This document shows positions 1-12,574 of a stretch of 64,000 bases of DNA, one piece after another. Location of the stretch: positions 11,575,540-11,639,539 of the forward strand of contig NC_057749.1 of NCBI RefSeq assembly GCF_004010195.1, read 5' to 3'. This DNA comes from Chiloscyllium plagiosum. Taxonomy: Eukaryota. The position numbers were made by a program, and so were the translations under genes. Positions within the stretch are counted from its first letter, which is position 1. Each line of letters begins with the position of its first letter. The notes beneath the pieces are model-generated. The model did not search any database and was not told the origin of the DNA. It saw nothing but the letters and a program-made list of their open reading frames with translations.

Positions 1-289
1 TGGTGCATATTTGGGATATATGTTTTGGTGATATCACCATAAGATCAGCTTGTGGTTGAGAAATTGGAAGAGGTCAATGGACATTGAAGTATCTCAAGAA
101 AAGCAGAAAAAATAATTGTCTAATAATTATCAATATGAAGGAAAGTGATATTTGTAATGCAACATCATCCATCATGAAGCAGATACTTGTCACTATGCTT
201 TGCAGGATGTGGTTATTACAGCTTGATTCCAATTTTGAGTGAAAATTCTAATTAATCAAGAAGCAAAAGAATAAGAAGAAATAATTAAA

Positions 290-2395
290 TGACTGTTAGT
301 GGAGAAAATGTACTGAGGAAATTAATCGGCATAAAAGTTGATTTCCCTCAACTTGGTGGGTTGCATCCTAGGATATCACATAGGAGATTCTCTGGACATG
401 AACATGAATTCAGGATGGTATGTTGATCCTGGTGCCAGGGTCAAGGCTGCAACAAAATGGTTGCAGCAAATTATCAAAGGGGAAAGTGAGAAACTGGAAG
501 TCGCTGTACACATTGGTAAGAATGACATCGTTGGGGAAAGAGTTGAGGCTTTGCAGAGTGACTATGGGAAGTAAGGTGGAAGGTTAAAAAGCAGAACCTT
601 AAAGGTAGGTAGTAATTTTTGGATTACTCCCAATGCTATGTGCTAGTGAAAGTTGGAATAAGAAGATAGGGCATATAAATCAATGGCTGAAAAGGTAGTG
701 CATTTGGCAAGTATTCAGATTTTTGGATCACTGGGATCTCTGGGCAGAAAAGAACTGTTTAAAAGTGACGGATTTCACCTGAACTGGAAGGACCTATTTC
801 CTCTCTGGGAAATTTGCTAATGCTATTCGGGAGTCTTTGAACTGATCGGGAAGTTCGGGGGATCCTAAGTAGTGAGAATAGAAAGACGGATGAGGATGGT
901 TCTGAATTTAAAAAAAGAGCAAGTTAATTCGAAAAGGCAGGAAAGACCAAGTCTGAAAATGAGGTAACTCTGGATTAAACTACATTTATTTCATTGCAGG
1001 GGTCTTACAGGTAAGGTAGATGAACTTGGGGCATGTATGGGAGCATGGGACTGGGACATCATAACTATTACAGAAACGTGATTGAGGGAGGGACAGGACT
1101 GGTAGTTCAATGTTCTGGGGTTTAAATACTACAGAAGGATAGGAAGGCAAGAGAGGAAGGGGAATGGCATTTTTGATTAGGGAAAGCATTATTGCTGTAC
1201 TTGGATGATATTCCTGGGGAGTCATCCAGTGAAGCTGTATGGGTGGAACTCGGAAATAAGAGGAGGATGGTCACCTTAATGGGACTGTACTACATTTCCC
1301 GATAGTCAAAGGGAAATTGAGGAACAAAAATGTAGAGAGATCATCTGTGTAAGAATAATAAAAGTTGTAATTGAGCACTGGCAAGCTAATAGATGACAGG
1401 AGTTGGGATAAGGGTTGGCATTTTCAGGATGTCAATATCTAACTCGTGGATCACCACAGGGATCAGCATTGGGGCCACAATTCTTTACCATATATATTAA
1501 TGACTTGAATGAGGGAAACCAATGTACTATTGCTAAGTTAGCAAATGACAAAAATAGATGGGAAGGCAAGTAGGATAGCACAAAGTGTGTGGAGATATAT
1601 GGGAAGGTTGAGTGAGCAAACATTTTGCAAAGGAGAAAATGTGAAGTTGTGCACTTTGGTAGGAACAGTTGAGCTGAATATTATTCAGACTGTAGGAATC
1701 TACAGCAGAGAGGGTTTGGGAGTCCTTGCATATAATACTCAAAATCATAATCCAAGTCAAGCAGATAAATGGGGACGTCAGAAGAAAAGTTGGGTTTGAT
1801 TCCAAAGAGTTTTAAAATGGGGACGTCTTACTAAAATGATACAAGGTAAAAGTTAGACCACACCTAGAATACTGTGACCAGTTTTGGGCTCCTTATCTAA
1901 GGAAAGATATGCTGGCATTGGAGGCTGTTAGTGAATGGATCCCAGACATGGAGGGATTTTTGTAAGAGGAGAGGTTGAGTAGGTTTGACTTTTATTGTTT
2001 GGAGTTACGAAGCATGAGAAGTAATATTACTGAAAATTCTTAGGCTTTTGAAAGCGTAGATGCTGCGAGGTTGTTTTCCCTTATGGGAGAATCTTGGACC
2101 AGAGGACATAATGTCAGAGTAAGTAGTTGCCCATTTAAGACACAGATGAGGAATTTGTTTTCTTGAATTAGTGAATCTATGGTATTCCACAGATATTACC
2201 ACAGAGTGCAATTGAGGTTGGGTCATTAAGTATATTCAAGACTGTGATTATCAAATTTCTAATCTGTAAGGGAATCAAGGATTATGGGGCAAAAAGAGAA
2301 GTGTTGAGGACTATCAGATAAGCCATAACTTCATTGAATGGCTGGCAGATTCAGTGGGCTGAATGGCCTTTCTGCTTTTATATTCTTTGGTCTTA
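290..2395 (+). mobile_element. Decayed CR1-type LINE mosaic (SGNH-esterase ORF1, APE and RT fragments, 3' tail)
   Basis: PGARVK...VHIGKNDI and DGFHLNW (esterase-like); WDWDII..TET (APE); GSPQGSALGP (RT); tail gggctgaatggcct near 2356. Confidence 0.8.
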
Positions 2396-2580
2396 CAATT
2401 GAATAGTTGGACTATTTCTGATGTGCACCCTAACGGAAGAGGGAGTGCATTGTTTACCTTGACACACAACTATCCCATATTGCTTCTGTACAAGGTCAAC
2501 TTCATTTTGTAGGAAGTGCCTTTGGAATCTGATTTTGTAGAGGTCTTGATCAAAGGATTTTGAGAAGATCTTGATCCAGG

Positions 2581-2813
2581 AGTTAAAAATCACACAACAC
2601 CAGGTTGTAGACTAACAGGTTTATTTGGAAGCGCTAGCTTTCCGAGTGCTGCTCCTTCAGGTGGTTGTGCAGCATAAGAATATAATTACAACTACCTGGT
2701 GAAGGAGCGGTGCTCCGAAAGCTAGTGCTTCCAAATAAACCTGTTGGACTATAACCTTATGTTGTGATTTTTAACTTAGTACACACCAGTCCAACACCCG
2801 CATCTCCAAATCA
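2581..2813. mobile_element. Penelope-like pLTR fold-back mini-element (family B)
   Basis: Inverted arms ~2581-2668 and 2688-2776 plus a 37-nt tail; same terminal sequence as the Penelope at 41155; degenerate TSD ttgatccagga/ttgatcgaaga. Confidence 0.8.
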
Positions 2814-2875
2814 TTGATCGAAGAATTTTCGTAAGTAATTGAAATTGTAACAGATTCCGCAACTTGTCTTTACAG

Positions 2876-2976
2876 CTAACATCAATTTGAATTCGATGAA
2901 CGAAGGCTGGTATGGGGCTCTGAAGGAATCTGTTCAGCAGCAACAGAGCCAGTTAGTTTGGGTCTCAGAGGGCAAG
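2876..2976 (+). CDS. TJP1: TJP1/ZO-1 internal exon (end of guanylate-kinase-like domain)
   Basis: tacag|CT...GGCAAG|gtagga; translates (x)[33 protein letters not shown], matching the ZO-1 GUK C-terminus; phase 1 to phase 0. Confidence 0.95.
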
Positions 2977-3763
2977 GTAGGATGAAAATTTATTATAATT
3001 TAAATCAAAACTGCACAATGTTATACTAAAATCTCTTTTTTCTTCTCTTCCCCACTGCATTATGTCATGAGTAGGCAGTGACTCACTCTGCTTTATTGCC
3101 TGTACCTATATAAATTCCCTGCCAGTATTGTCAGTGATGAGTAGATTATAAGAAATGACTAGTATTCTTCCTGCAAGTTCCTCTCTTGTGCTGTGACATA
3201 AAGAATTTGCAACATTACATATCCAATTCCTTTGGGAAAACAGGCAGGGGAGTTTTTGAACCAGTTAGTGTTTTGGTGTTTGAAATCTGAGTGTATGAAC
3301 TCCAGGAAGCGTTCCTGAGAAATTTGTTTGTATTTATATTGTTAAGAAAGTTGATGACTGGAGGGTTACTGAAGCACACCAATAAGTTGCAAGATTTGAA
3401 ATTGTTGAGAAGATGGATAACACTTGGTGCACGATCACATGGTGGGGGGGGGCTGTGGGGGGAGGTAAATCAACCAATGTTCCCACTCCTGATCACTACA
3501 GAATGATCTCTCCGGCAAAATGGCATGTATGAAGTCAGATGCATGAAGAATGATGTGAATATTCCTGCTGGAAAGTTATAAGACCTTTGCCCCTGCCAAC
3601 ACGCACACGCATGCGTGCACACCAGTTTCTCCAGGACTTTAAGAGGAGGAAGATCCTTCACATTTCTAATAATCCAGCTGGTCAATGGATGTTAACAAAA
3701 CACCTTGTTTACTGCTAAGTGTAATATTTGTTTAATTGTGTGATTTGACTGTTCTTTTTGTAG

Positions 3764-4105
3764 GCTGATGGTACAGCAGAGGATGATCTTGACTTGCACG
3801 ATGATCGCTTGTCATATTTGTCAGCTCCAGGCAGTGAGTACTCTATGTACAGCACAGACAGTAGACACACTTCAGATTATGATGACACAGATACTGAAGG
3901 TGGTGCCTACACTGACCAAGAATTGGATGAGACTCTCAACGATGAAATTGGTCCTACAGAATCTGCCATAACTAGGTCCTCAGAACCTGTACGAGATGAT
4001 TCGTCAATGATGCACTCTGAGTCAATGGCGCCGGCCTTCCCATCCTATCCAGTACAAGTTCAGAGAGTGGACTCTCCTGTGTACAAGCCTTTGTCTAATC
4101 AACAG
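3764..4105 (+). CDS. TJP1: TJP1 exon, acidic U6 region
   Basis: tttttgtag|GCT...CAACAG|gtgagt; 342 nt, ADGTAEDDLDLHDDRLSYLSAPGSEYSMYSTDSRHTSDYDDTDTEGGAYTDQELDETLNDE...SNQQ. Confidence 0.97.
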
Positions 4106-4605
4106 GTGAGTTCACTCTGATTTAAGTAGTTAATGTGTTTGATTAAGTGGTAATATACTATGTTAAAGGCAAAGCTTATTAGAATTCTGTCTCTTTTATT
4201 TGGAAAGTCTTGTTATAGCAATTGTATGGTAAGTTAAGTATTGAATTTACTTTGCATCTTTCAATGTAGAAAACAGTTCCCAGGTACCTCATGGCCATGA
4301 GGTAAAAATGAACATCAAACTGCAGAAGGAAATTGTATATTTGTAGTACAGATTTTGAGTATTGCCAAAAAAAAATGTACCTTTTGTTGAAGTCTTTCAA
4401 CTTGGTCTCATCTGGACATCTCTCCCAGAAATATAAGTTTAAGGAGAACCGATGCATATGCTGGAAAAGAGGAGAATACAGGTTGGTTGGCAAGTGGAAT
4501 CTGATCAGCAGAGATGCTGCCTTGGAAATGCACCCGTCAGTGCTGTTTGACAGTTAACTGCCAGGCTTTGTTTAAGTTTTAAACCAGGCAGAGTGATCAG
4601 ACTGG

Positions 4606-4951
4606 AGGAGAAAGTGAGGTCTGCAGATGCTGGAGATCAGAGCTGAAAATGTGTTGCTGGAACAGCGCAGCAGGTCAGGCAGCATCCACGGAACAGGAGA
4701 ATCGACATTTCGGGCATAAGCCCTTCTTCAGGAATGAGGAAAGTGTGTCCAGCAGGCTAAGATAACTCACTGAAATCTTTGTAGAGGGAGGAAGCTCTCT
4801 TCCTCCCTCTACAAAGATTTCAGTGAGTTATCTTAGCCTGCTGGACACACTTTCCTCATTCCTGAAGAAGGGCTTATGCCTGAAACGTCGATTCTCCTGT
4901 TCCCTGGATGCTGCATGACCTGCTGCGCTGTTCCAGCAACACATTTTCAGC
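4606..4951. mobile_element. Young Penelope pLTR fold-back mini-element (family A)
   Basis: 153-bp arms 4642-4794 and 4799-4951, 4-nt loop, 4 mismatches; exact 14-bp TSD AGTGATCAGACTGG at 4592-4605 and 4952-4965; same terminus as the Penelope at 51907-54492. Confidence 0.92.
4862..4889 (+). ncRNA. Minimal hammerhead ribozyme core (Penelope pLTR)
   Basis: CTGAAGA-AGGGC TTAT GCCT-GAAA-CGTC; mirror copy on the minus strand at ~4704-4731. Confidence 0.7.
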
Positions 4952-7051
4952 AGTGATCAGACTGGTCAGAGCATTACGCTGAGAAATGAACCACCTATTT
5001 TATTGAGTTGAAACAGATGCAGGGCATATTCATTGTTCTTTCTATTTATGAAGAATGGAACCTTGTATATTAATAGCTTCCAGTACACACAGTATGCCTC
5101 TCTGTGAGCCCGACTGACAATTCTAAGTTGACTGAGAGTGTAGGTCTTTGCACATTAGGTGTGACTCATCCGATATGGTCCAGCTACGGAATCACATCTA
5201 ATATTAGAATTGTTGTGAGTTACACAAGGGCAGCCTGTTTGGTTATGGTTAGTACCTGGCTTATTGCAAAGAACTGATGGGGTGTGCTATTTGATATGAT
5301 CTGTCAATCTTTGGGAACCAAAGATGGTGTTTGCCATTAACAGGGTGCTGATGTCAAGCAAAAAAGACTTTGTGGCTGTCACACAAATAATTAATGTGGT
5401 ATGTGAATTTCAGTGCCTGTGGAATAGTAAGTATTTAGGCTGTATGTCCCAGAGATTGGTGCCTTGTAACCAACAGTGCATCCCTTTGGCTGTTAGCATG
5501 TGAGGTATAGACCATACACTGACGGCCTGCGATTGCAAAACTTGCAACGCTGTGTCCAATACTAAATTCCACAGTTGGGCAACATTAGCTAGATAATCCT
5601 GAGCATTCAAAGAATTATATTGACAACCAATTTGAGGTTATCACTCAGGTTCATAGTGTGGTGTCCTTATATGTACTGGAAACTGTGCATATTAATGCAC
5701 AAGACACTTTTTTTCTCCAGACTGAGAACATGCCTACATCTGTTTCCACACAACAAAATAAGTGTGAACCATCCACTGATTTATTTCTCAGGGAAATGCC
5801 TAGACAAATGAAAATCAGCCCGCATAGCTTAAAATTCAAACAAAGCTTACAAGTTAACTGTCAATCATCACGACTTAGTGCATTCTTCATGGCAACACCT
5901 CTACCAGTGAGAGTCCACTTTCCTACTATGTTAATGCAGTATACATGTTGGTTTTCCTCTTGAATTTACATTCTTGTGAAACGTCCTGATAAATTGAAGA
6001 CCGAAAGTTTTTGACAAAATACATCTTTGTTAAGCAGCAAAGAAGGGAATAATAGGACGGGGTGACCAAAAGCTTTTGTCAGAAGTGGGTTTTAGCAAAG
6101 TGGGCAGCATTTGAGGAGGAGAAATCTAGAGTGGGGCGCAAGAAAGATTAGAAATCAGAGTCTAGCTGTGAGAATGGTTTAGCAGTGGGGTAGGTTACAG
6201 AAATGGACAGAGGTGATCTCTCCGAAAGATTAATATTTTTCAGTTGTGTTGGTAGGAAACTCTGGTCTCTATAGATCAATGAAGATGAAGTGATTAGCAA
6301 ATCAACTGCTGCAGGATAAGAGGGAAGCAGAATTTTTCAGGCACCTGAATTGAATTTCTCTATCTTTGGACAAGTTAGTTGGCTTCTGTCATTGTTCGAG
6401 TAATTGGACAAGGCCTAGTAGCTGAGAAAATTTACCAAGGGATGTATTTGTAGGGTGATCCGAAAGGAGTGCATGGTTCTAAAAGGGTATTTGGTAGATC
6501 TGCTACCCAGAACTGCTGCTGTTTGGCCAATTAGTTGTGCACAAAACATGCTCTTTTGTTAAACTTGAAGTAACAGAGAATGTGCCAGCAATAACTCCAT
6601 ATTGAGTCACAGGGCTTAACTTGTGTTTGCTAGAAAAGTTCATTTAAAAATTGCTTAGAATTCATTCACAAATCCCTGTTAGTACAAATTATTCTCTAAG
6701 TCTTTAACATACCAGTTCATTGTGATTTTAAAAATAAAAACATCATTAAAGATTTTTCTGCCTCATATAGTACATTATTTAACTCCAAACCAAAAGCTGT
6801 CCAATATAAAAGCCCATTATCTGTGTGTATAATTTTGCATCAGACTGTTTCTATCCTTCCTTTCAAAAATAAGCTGCAGAGGCAGAGACTGAATTTACTA
6901 TAAACAGGCAGGAGTCATCAACAGTAATTTTATTTAATTGAGATCAGGATTACAGTGCACCTGTTGGAAGATATACAGTTTTACAAGTTAGTCCAAGATA
7001 CCTTAAAATTCCATTTATTAAACCTTGTGTACCTTGACATTAGGTGATTAC

Positions 7052-7381
7052 ATTAGATTCCCTACAGTATGGAAACAGGCCCTTTGACCCAACAAGTCCG
7101 CACCCATCCTCTGAAGGGTAACCCACCCAGACCCATTACTCTACCCTGTATAGTTACCCCTGACTAATGCACCTAACACTATGGGCAACTGAGCATGGCC
7201 AATTCACCTGACCTGCACATCTTTGTGATTGTGGGAGGAAACCAGAGCACCCGGAGGAAACCCACGCAGACACTGGGAGAATGTGCAAACTCCATACAGA
7301 CAGTCACCCGAGGCTGGAATCGAGCCCAGGTCCCTGGCGATGTGAGGCTACCGAACTAACCGCTGAGGCACTGTGCCGCCC
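7052..7381 (-). mobile_element. HE1-type V-SINE
   Basis: tRNA-like head, V-domain (tggagtttgcacattctccc...gggtttcctccgggtgctc) and CR1-derived tail. Confidence 0.9.
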
Positions 7382-7779
7382 ACTTGGGTTAGCAAAACTG
7401 ATGCACCAGTCTGCTTCTACTCCCACTGCCGTTCTGTCTCTTCTTGAAGAGGATGAATTTCTTTTCCAGTTGTGTCACATTACTACTTCTAACATTTTAA
7501 TGCATACATTTTTGAACCTAGTTATAATTCTGTTAAGAATGAATTTTATACTTGCCAGATGTTTGTTTTTAACTTTGGTAAATTTGTGAAATCTTGCAGT
7601 AAGGAATTAGCTTCTATTTGTTAAATATTTTCTGTTTTAATTAATATGCTTATTGTGATTGAAATAACTATTTCAGAGTAATTTGAAAGTTAAGTCAACA
7701 TCTGTTTTGCCAACAATGCACCTTGTAGACAACATAAATTTCTATTTAAATAATTTATTTTATCTTGGACGTTTCACAG

Positions 7780-8049
7780 AAAGCAGATATTCCTTCTGCA
7801 GTCCCTAATTCATCCCAGCAGCTTGAATCAATTTCTGTGATGACTGTGCCCTCTAGAGTCAATACCATAGTAGACCTAAGTAATGTGAGACAAGAGGAGA
7901 ATGCTTCTCCTCCCCACAGCAGCCCTGAGTCCCAGATCAACTCTTACAGAAAACCCAGTCCTGAACTACCTCATGTTATTGATTCCATCAGTCCTGAGAG
8001 GCTGAGAGATCCAGAACCGACAGCAACTCGAACTGCAGAACCAACAAAG
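7780..8049 (+). CDS. TJP1: TJP1 alpha cassette exon (90 aa)
   Basis: tttcacag|AAAGCA...ACAAAG|gtaccg; 270 nt, phase 0-0; KADIPSAVP...VDLSNVRQEE...LRDPEP...EPTK resembles the mammalian alpha domain (KAE...NVRLEE...LRD..PTK) at the same position. Confidence 0.88.
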
Positions 8050-10276
8050 GTACCGCTTGCTGTAAATTCCTTGGCACGCCATATGTACGGAGCTTCTGCT
8101 TGCTTCTGCTCAATCACTTGCTTTGCCTCTGTAGTTGATCATATTGCTGAAGTTAGAGGCCAGACCAAATATGTGTTTTCAGTAGACCAATGGCCATCTT
8201 TCATGATGGAGAGGGAATAGAAAAGTTGTTGTCTAAACTCCTCCTACAAATGTTACTGACATGCTTTGTAAATACTGTGCGGTAGAGTATTCACTGAATA
8301 TTATAAGGGAACTGCACTAACACTTGGTATTTAATCAGAAAATTCTCTCTTCGAACCAAAAATGTTACCTGGCATACTAATTAATTAAAATTAATTATTA
8401 AGTTGATGTAATTGATACCAGACTCCCAATTTTTCCATTGTGTTGAGAATTTTTAACAAATTTTTATACTAATCTAATTGGCTTGGCCTATACCTTGAAC
8501 TTTTGCTTATATACCTTTGCTCTTTGAAAGCTTTCTGTAGTTCCTTCCTTCTAACTCCTCTTAGAAGATATGTTATGTGGGCTACTGTCTGTACCTTTCA
8601 TGGACTGCAACCAGCCTTGCTGTGGCATGATCAAAGGGGATTCTGATTTTAATTACAAGCATCAGCATGTTTGCCAATATGTGTTTTGTCTACATTTAAC
8701 TCTCTCGGATCCTTTTCAGGGCAGTTGCTTCAGTATCCTTATAACTTGGACTGTTGAAGGAGACAGGACTGAATTCTAAAATATGAGTTTAGCAATTGGT
8801 CTGCAATTATAACCTTTCTATTGATCAGTTGAGTCATGTTTTTGTATCAGTTAAGGTAGAAGCTGCCAATGTTCATTTTTAGTTTTTAAAAAATACTTCA
8901 TCTGCTACTTCAACAAATGCATTTAAATTTTGATTTTGTTCAGAACACCCATTTAAAAAAAAGACTTTTCAAATAATGTTACAAAGATACAACTTAAGGC
9001 AGCTGCGCTCAGTGGAAAATCATTTCAAAGTTTGGTATCCTTGACTCTCTACTTAGTTGTTTTGAGATTGTGATTACTAAAATCACCCTCTGGTTCTCCC
9101 TGACTGGCAGAGTTCCTCTATGTGCCAGCAGACTCTGCCATGCAATGTAAAATCAATCTTTTCACAGATCTGTTTACTTATGTTCTTCAGTACTCATGCT
9201 TAAAATTAAACTCCGTTCCATCAGCTGCATCGAGCACTTGATATATGTCCCCTTGATAGACTCCAGCCTTTGGAATCGAAGGGCATTGTCGGCAGTCTGA
9301 TGATATTAGCTGCCACTGCCCCACCTTCAGCACCACAATATGCATATATTAAAAGACAAATTAACTTTAGTTTGAATTGAGGCCTTTCAAAATAAAAGCC
9401 ACTTTCACTAGTTGTAACTTAACATCTGTCCCATTTATTGCAACTTTCTAAGTGCCATGCACAAAATGACTATTGTTGGAATACCTTTCACTCATGGCCA
9501 TGATGTTTTCAGATTCCTTTTAAAAACCTTTTGACCAACCCTATGCTACTTCCAGCATTTACTGTGATAAGTAAAACAAAACAATTTTAAAGGTAGGTGA
9601 CAATTCATCCTGTCCATAAATAAGTTACTTTACAGTCTACTGGACATAAATTATTAAGAGCTTTAAAAAAACTTATGAAGCTTCTAAACTGCATTTACCA
9701 TTACATTCCAATTTAAATTTGCATAATGTAAGCTCCATGCTAAGCTTATGCCTGTCCAATTCATACCTGTCGACAAATATTGCCTAAGCATCTTGAGTTT
9801 AGTTTATTATATCATATTTTTGAACACATCAGCTTTTTCTTTTAACTTCTAAATTTTACAATTCTGAAAGTCTTTAATTACTTTGAAATTCTTGGGTGTG
9901 TATGTTTTCAAGTTGATTTTAAAATGTTCCAGTATCATTTAAAACATTTTCTGGACAAATTTTTACCAAGTAAATTGGAAAGAAATTTTCTTCACATCTG
10001 TAAAATCAAAAGCAAGCAAGCAAATATTGAAAATCAAAAATAGATTTCTGGAAGTGCATAGTAGACCTATCACTTCAGGAAGGCAAGTTAGAATTTTCTT
10101 CTATATCCTCCAGAGCATGTGCTTTGATGAAGGGTGTATGTCTTGAATCTTAATGTGTTTTGTTCTGGATTTGGTGATGGAACTGCTGCAGGTTTTTGTT
10201 TTCTTTAAACTGCTTTGCATCATTACTTATGCAATGCCCATTACCACTGTCTGTTTAACTCCTCTATGCTCTGTAG

Positions 10277-11170
10277 ATATACAAAAAAGATTCGTACAAC
10301 AATGAACTTCCAAGGCAAAGTTATGACATCAAGCAGCCAGTAGGCAACCATCCTGCACTGAGAATTGATAAAGACCGACAAGTTTATGAACCACAACATC
10401 AGAACATTGAGGAACAGACACGTTATAGAAATGGATCTCAAACAAAATATGAGCAGCAGCTCTCCCCAAGTTTTGGACCTATATCGCATTATGAGGAAAG
10501 TTTACGTGGTTACAATGATAAGTGGCTACACTATAACGAAAAACCTACTCAACATGACCAACCTCCACCTTATTTTGAGGACCAGCATCCACTTGACTAT
10601 GATCCAAAGCACACTGAACATTATCCAGATCGTGACTACCATCCAGTTCATGAAGAGCTGCCATTTACAGGCTATGAGAATAGAATGCCACGTTATGAAA
10701 AGCCAGTTAAAAGCTACAAACCTTCACAGCCACATTACAATGGTCAACTCCTTCATGGCTATGATCAACCTCTTCATAGCTATGATCCTCGTCCTCAATA
10801 TGAACCTGATCCTCAAGCTTTTCATCCACCAACCTCCAAGTCTCCGGAATCACAACAGCAGTCTTTTGAGTCCCAAGTCAGAAGCTATGACCAGGGCCGA
10901 TCCCAAGAATATAATTCCCTCCCTCAGCAATTTGAACCAGTCCAGAACACAGATACCTTTCCTCCTCCTCCACCTCCTCACTCTAAAGGTGCTGAGTCTG
11001 CACATTCTGTTAGTAAGCCATTGCCTCCACCACCCATAAAGCCAAATGTTGATGAGGATGTGGATCCAGCAATGAAGCCACAATCAGTGCTTACCCGAGT
11101 GAAACTGTTTGAAAGTAAAAAGTCCATTTCATCAAAGGCCAAGGACCCCACCGAAATAACTTCAGTGAGG
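10277..11170 (+). CDS. TJP1: TJP1 large Tyr/Pro-rich exon (includes actin-binding-region-like sequence)
   Basis: ctgtag|ATATACAAA...GTGAGG|gtgagt; 894 nt open frame IYKKDSY...SKPLPPPP...DPAMKPQSVLTRVKLFESKKS...SVR; same frame as ORF 10685..11203. Confidence 0.95.
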
Positions 11171-12310
11171 GTGAGTAAAGTCATCAAAAGCAACAATGTC
11201 TAGTTTAGTTAAAGCTAATTATGCCCTTACCATAGCTTTTCCTATGCTTCTTGGTAGGATCATACTCTAACTTCCAATGTGAAACTTTGATTCAGCTTCG
11301 ATCAAGCCCTGCCTTTTATTTAGCATGGAACCTTTGCACCAACTTGCAGTCTACTTAGGAGAAAGAATTCCCGTGATCCAATATTCATGTACCTACCCTT
11401 GGGAATACATTTTGAACATTCATGTGGCAGGCTTGCTATGGCTTTCAAATATATTGTAAAACTAAGCCATTCTTTCAGGTTACTGACCATAGAAATTCAA
11501 TTTCTTCGAATTTGTGGTTGTTGACTGCTGTCATCAAAATGTGCCTTTCCACAACACGTACTAGTGTTGGTACTTCTGGGTTGTTTCTCAAAGAAGCCTG
11601 CTGTTTTCTAAAATTAATTTTAACGTTGCTTTTCTGAGGAGCATATAGAGTCATAAAGTTGTACAGCATGGAAGCAGACCCTTCGGTCCAGTTCATCTGT
11701 GTCGACCAGATATCCTAAATTAAGCGAGTCCTATTTGCCAGTATTTGGCCCATATCCCTATAAACCTTTCCTATCATACCCATCCAGGTTCCTTTTAAAC
11801 ATTTCTTCTGACCTTATGTGGTTTAAGTATTTAAGTTATGTGAAGCACCTCAATTGTCTGTGTTCTTCTTTGTGCCAGAGGTTTTTATTTTCCCCCACAT
11901 TTGGTTTAAATTATGCAAAGTTCCAATTTTGGAGTTTAAAAAAAATTGCTAGAAATACAGAACATCCATCACCATAGAGGAGAAAATATGGTTAATGGTG
12001 AAGGGGCCACTTCTGTATATTTCAAAGCTGACGCAGCCATGTAGTTACACTTTTGTGTTTTGTATGAAATTGCACATTCACAATTCTGTGACTTAAACCA
12101 ATTACATTTCTTTTAAAAAAATATCTTATGAATAATTAGTCACAATTTTATTTAGTGCGCACATTTTGATTAAAACCTTTTGTGTTTATCTAATTCTATA
12201 TTACCAGCAATACTCATGTTGTATGCATTGATTTCCATTTGAATGCTGGTTGGATGTGATCATGACCCTTCTTTCTTTCATTTTCTTCTATTTAACTTGA
12301 ATTCTTGTAT

Positions 12311-12574
12311 AGATTAGATTAGTTTAGATTACTTACAGGGTGGAAACAGGCCCTTCAGCCCAATAAGTCCACACCGACCCTCCGAAGAGCAACTCGCCCA
12401 AACCCATTCCCCTACATTTACCCCTTCACCTAACACTAGGGGCAATTCTGCACATTTTTGGACTGTGGGAGGAAACCGGAGCACCTGGAGGAAACCCACA
12501 CAGACACGGGGAGAATGTGCAAACTCCACACAGTTGCCTGAGGAGGGAATTGAACCCAGGTCTCTGGCGCTGTG
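12311..12574 (-). mobile_element. HE1-type V-SINE, 5'-truncated
   Basis: B box, V-domain and (TCTAA)n tail; A box missing. Confidence 0.88.

Larger units (their letters stand above)
4380..6030. mobile_element. Old Penelope-like element in inverted (minus then plus) arrangement; hosts the young hairpin
   Basis: 4490-4590 is the reverse complement of ~5820-5925; GIY-YIG C-terminal-like remnant (STVGQH.LDNPE...YIDNQF; VLETVHIN); eroded core ctgataa...gaaa near 5986. Confidence 0.6.

Noticed and set aside
7765..8220. ORF-track extensions of TJP1 exons (also 21220, 37477, 39025)
   Set aside because: Read-through into introns beyond the AG/GT boundaries; not separate genes
10365..11039. 224-aa ORF as an overlapping gene
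   Set aside because: Alternative frame of the TJP1 exon; its many ATGs arise from repeated TAT-GAx (Tyr-Glu/Asp) codons; no recognisable domain
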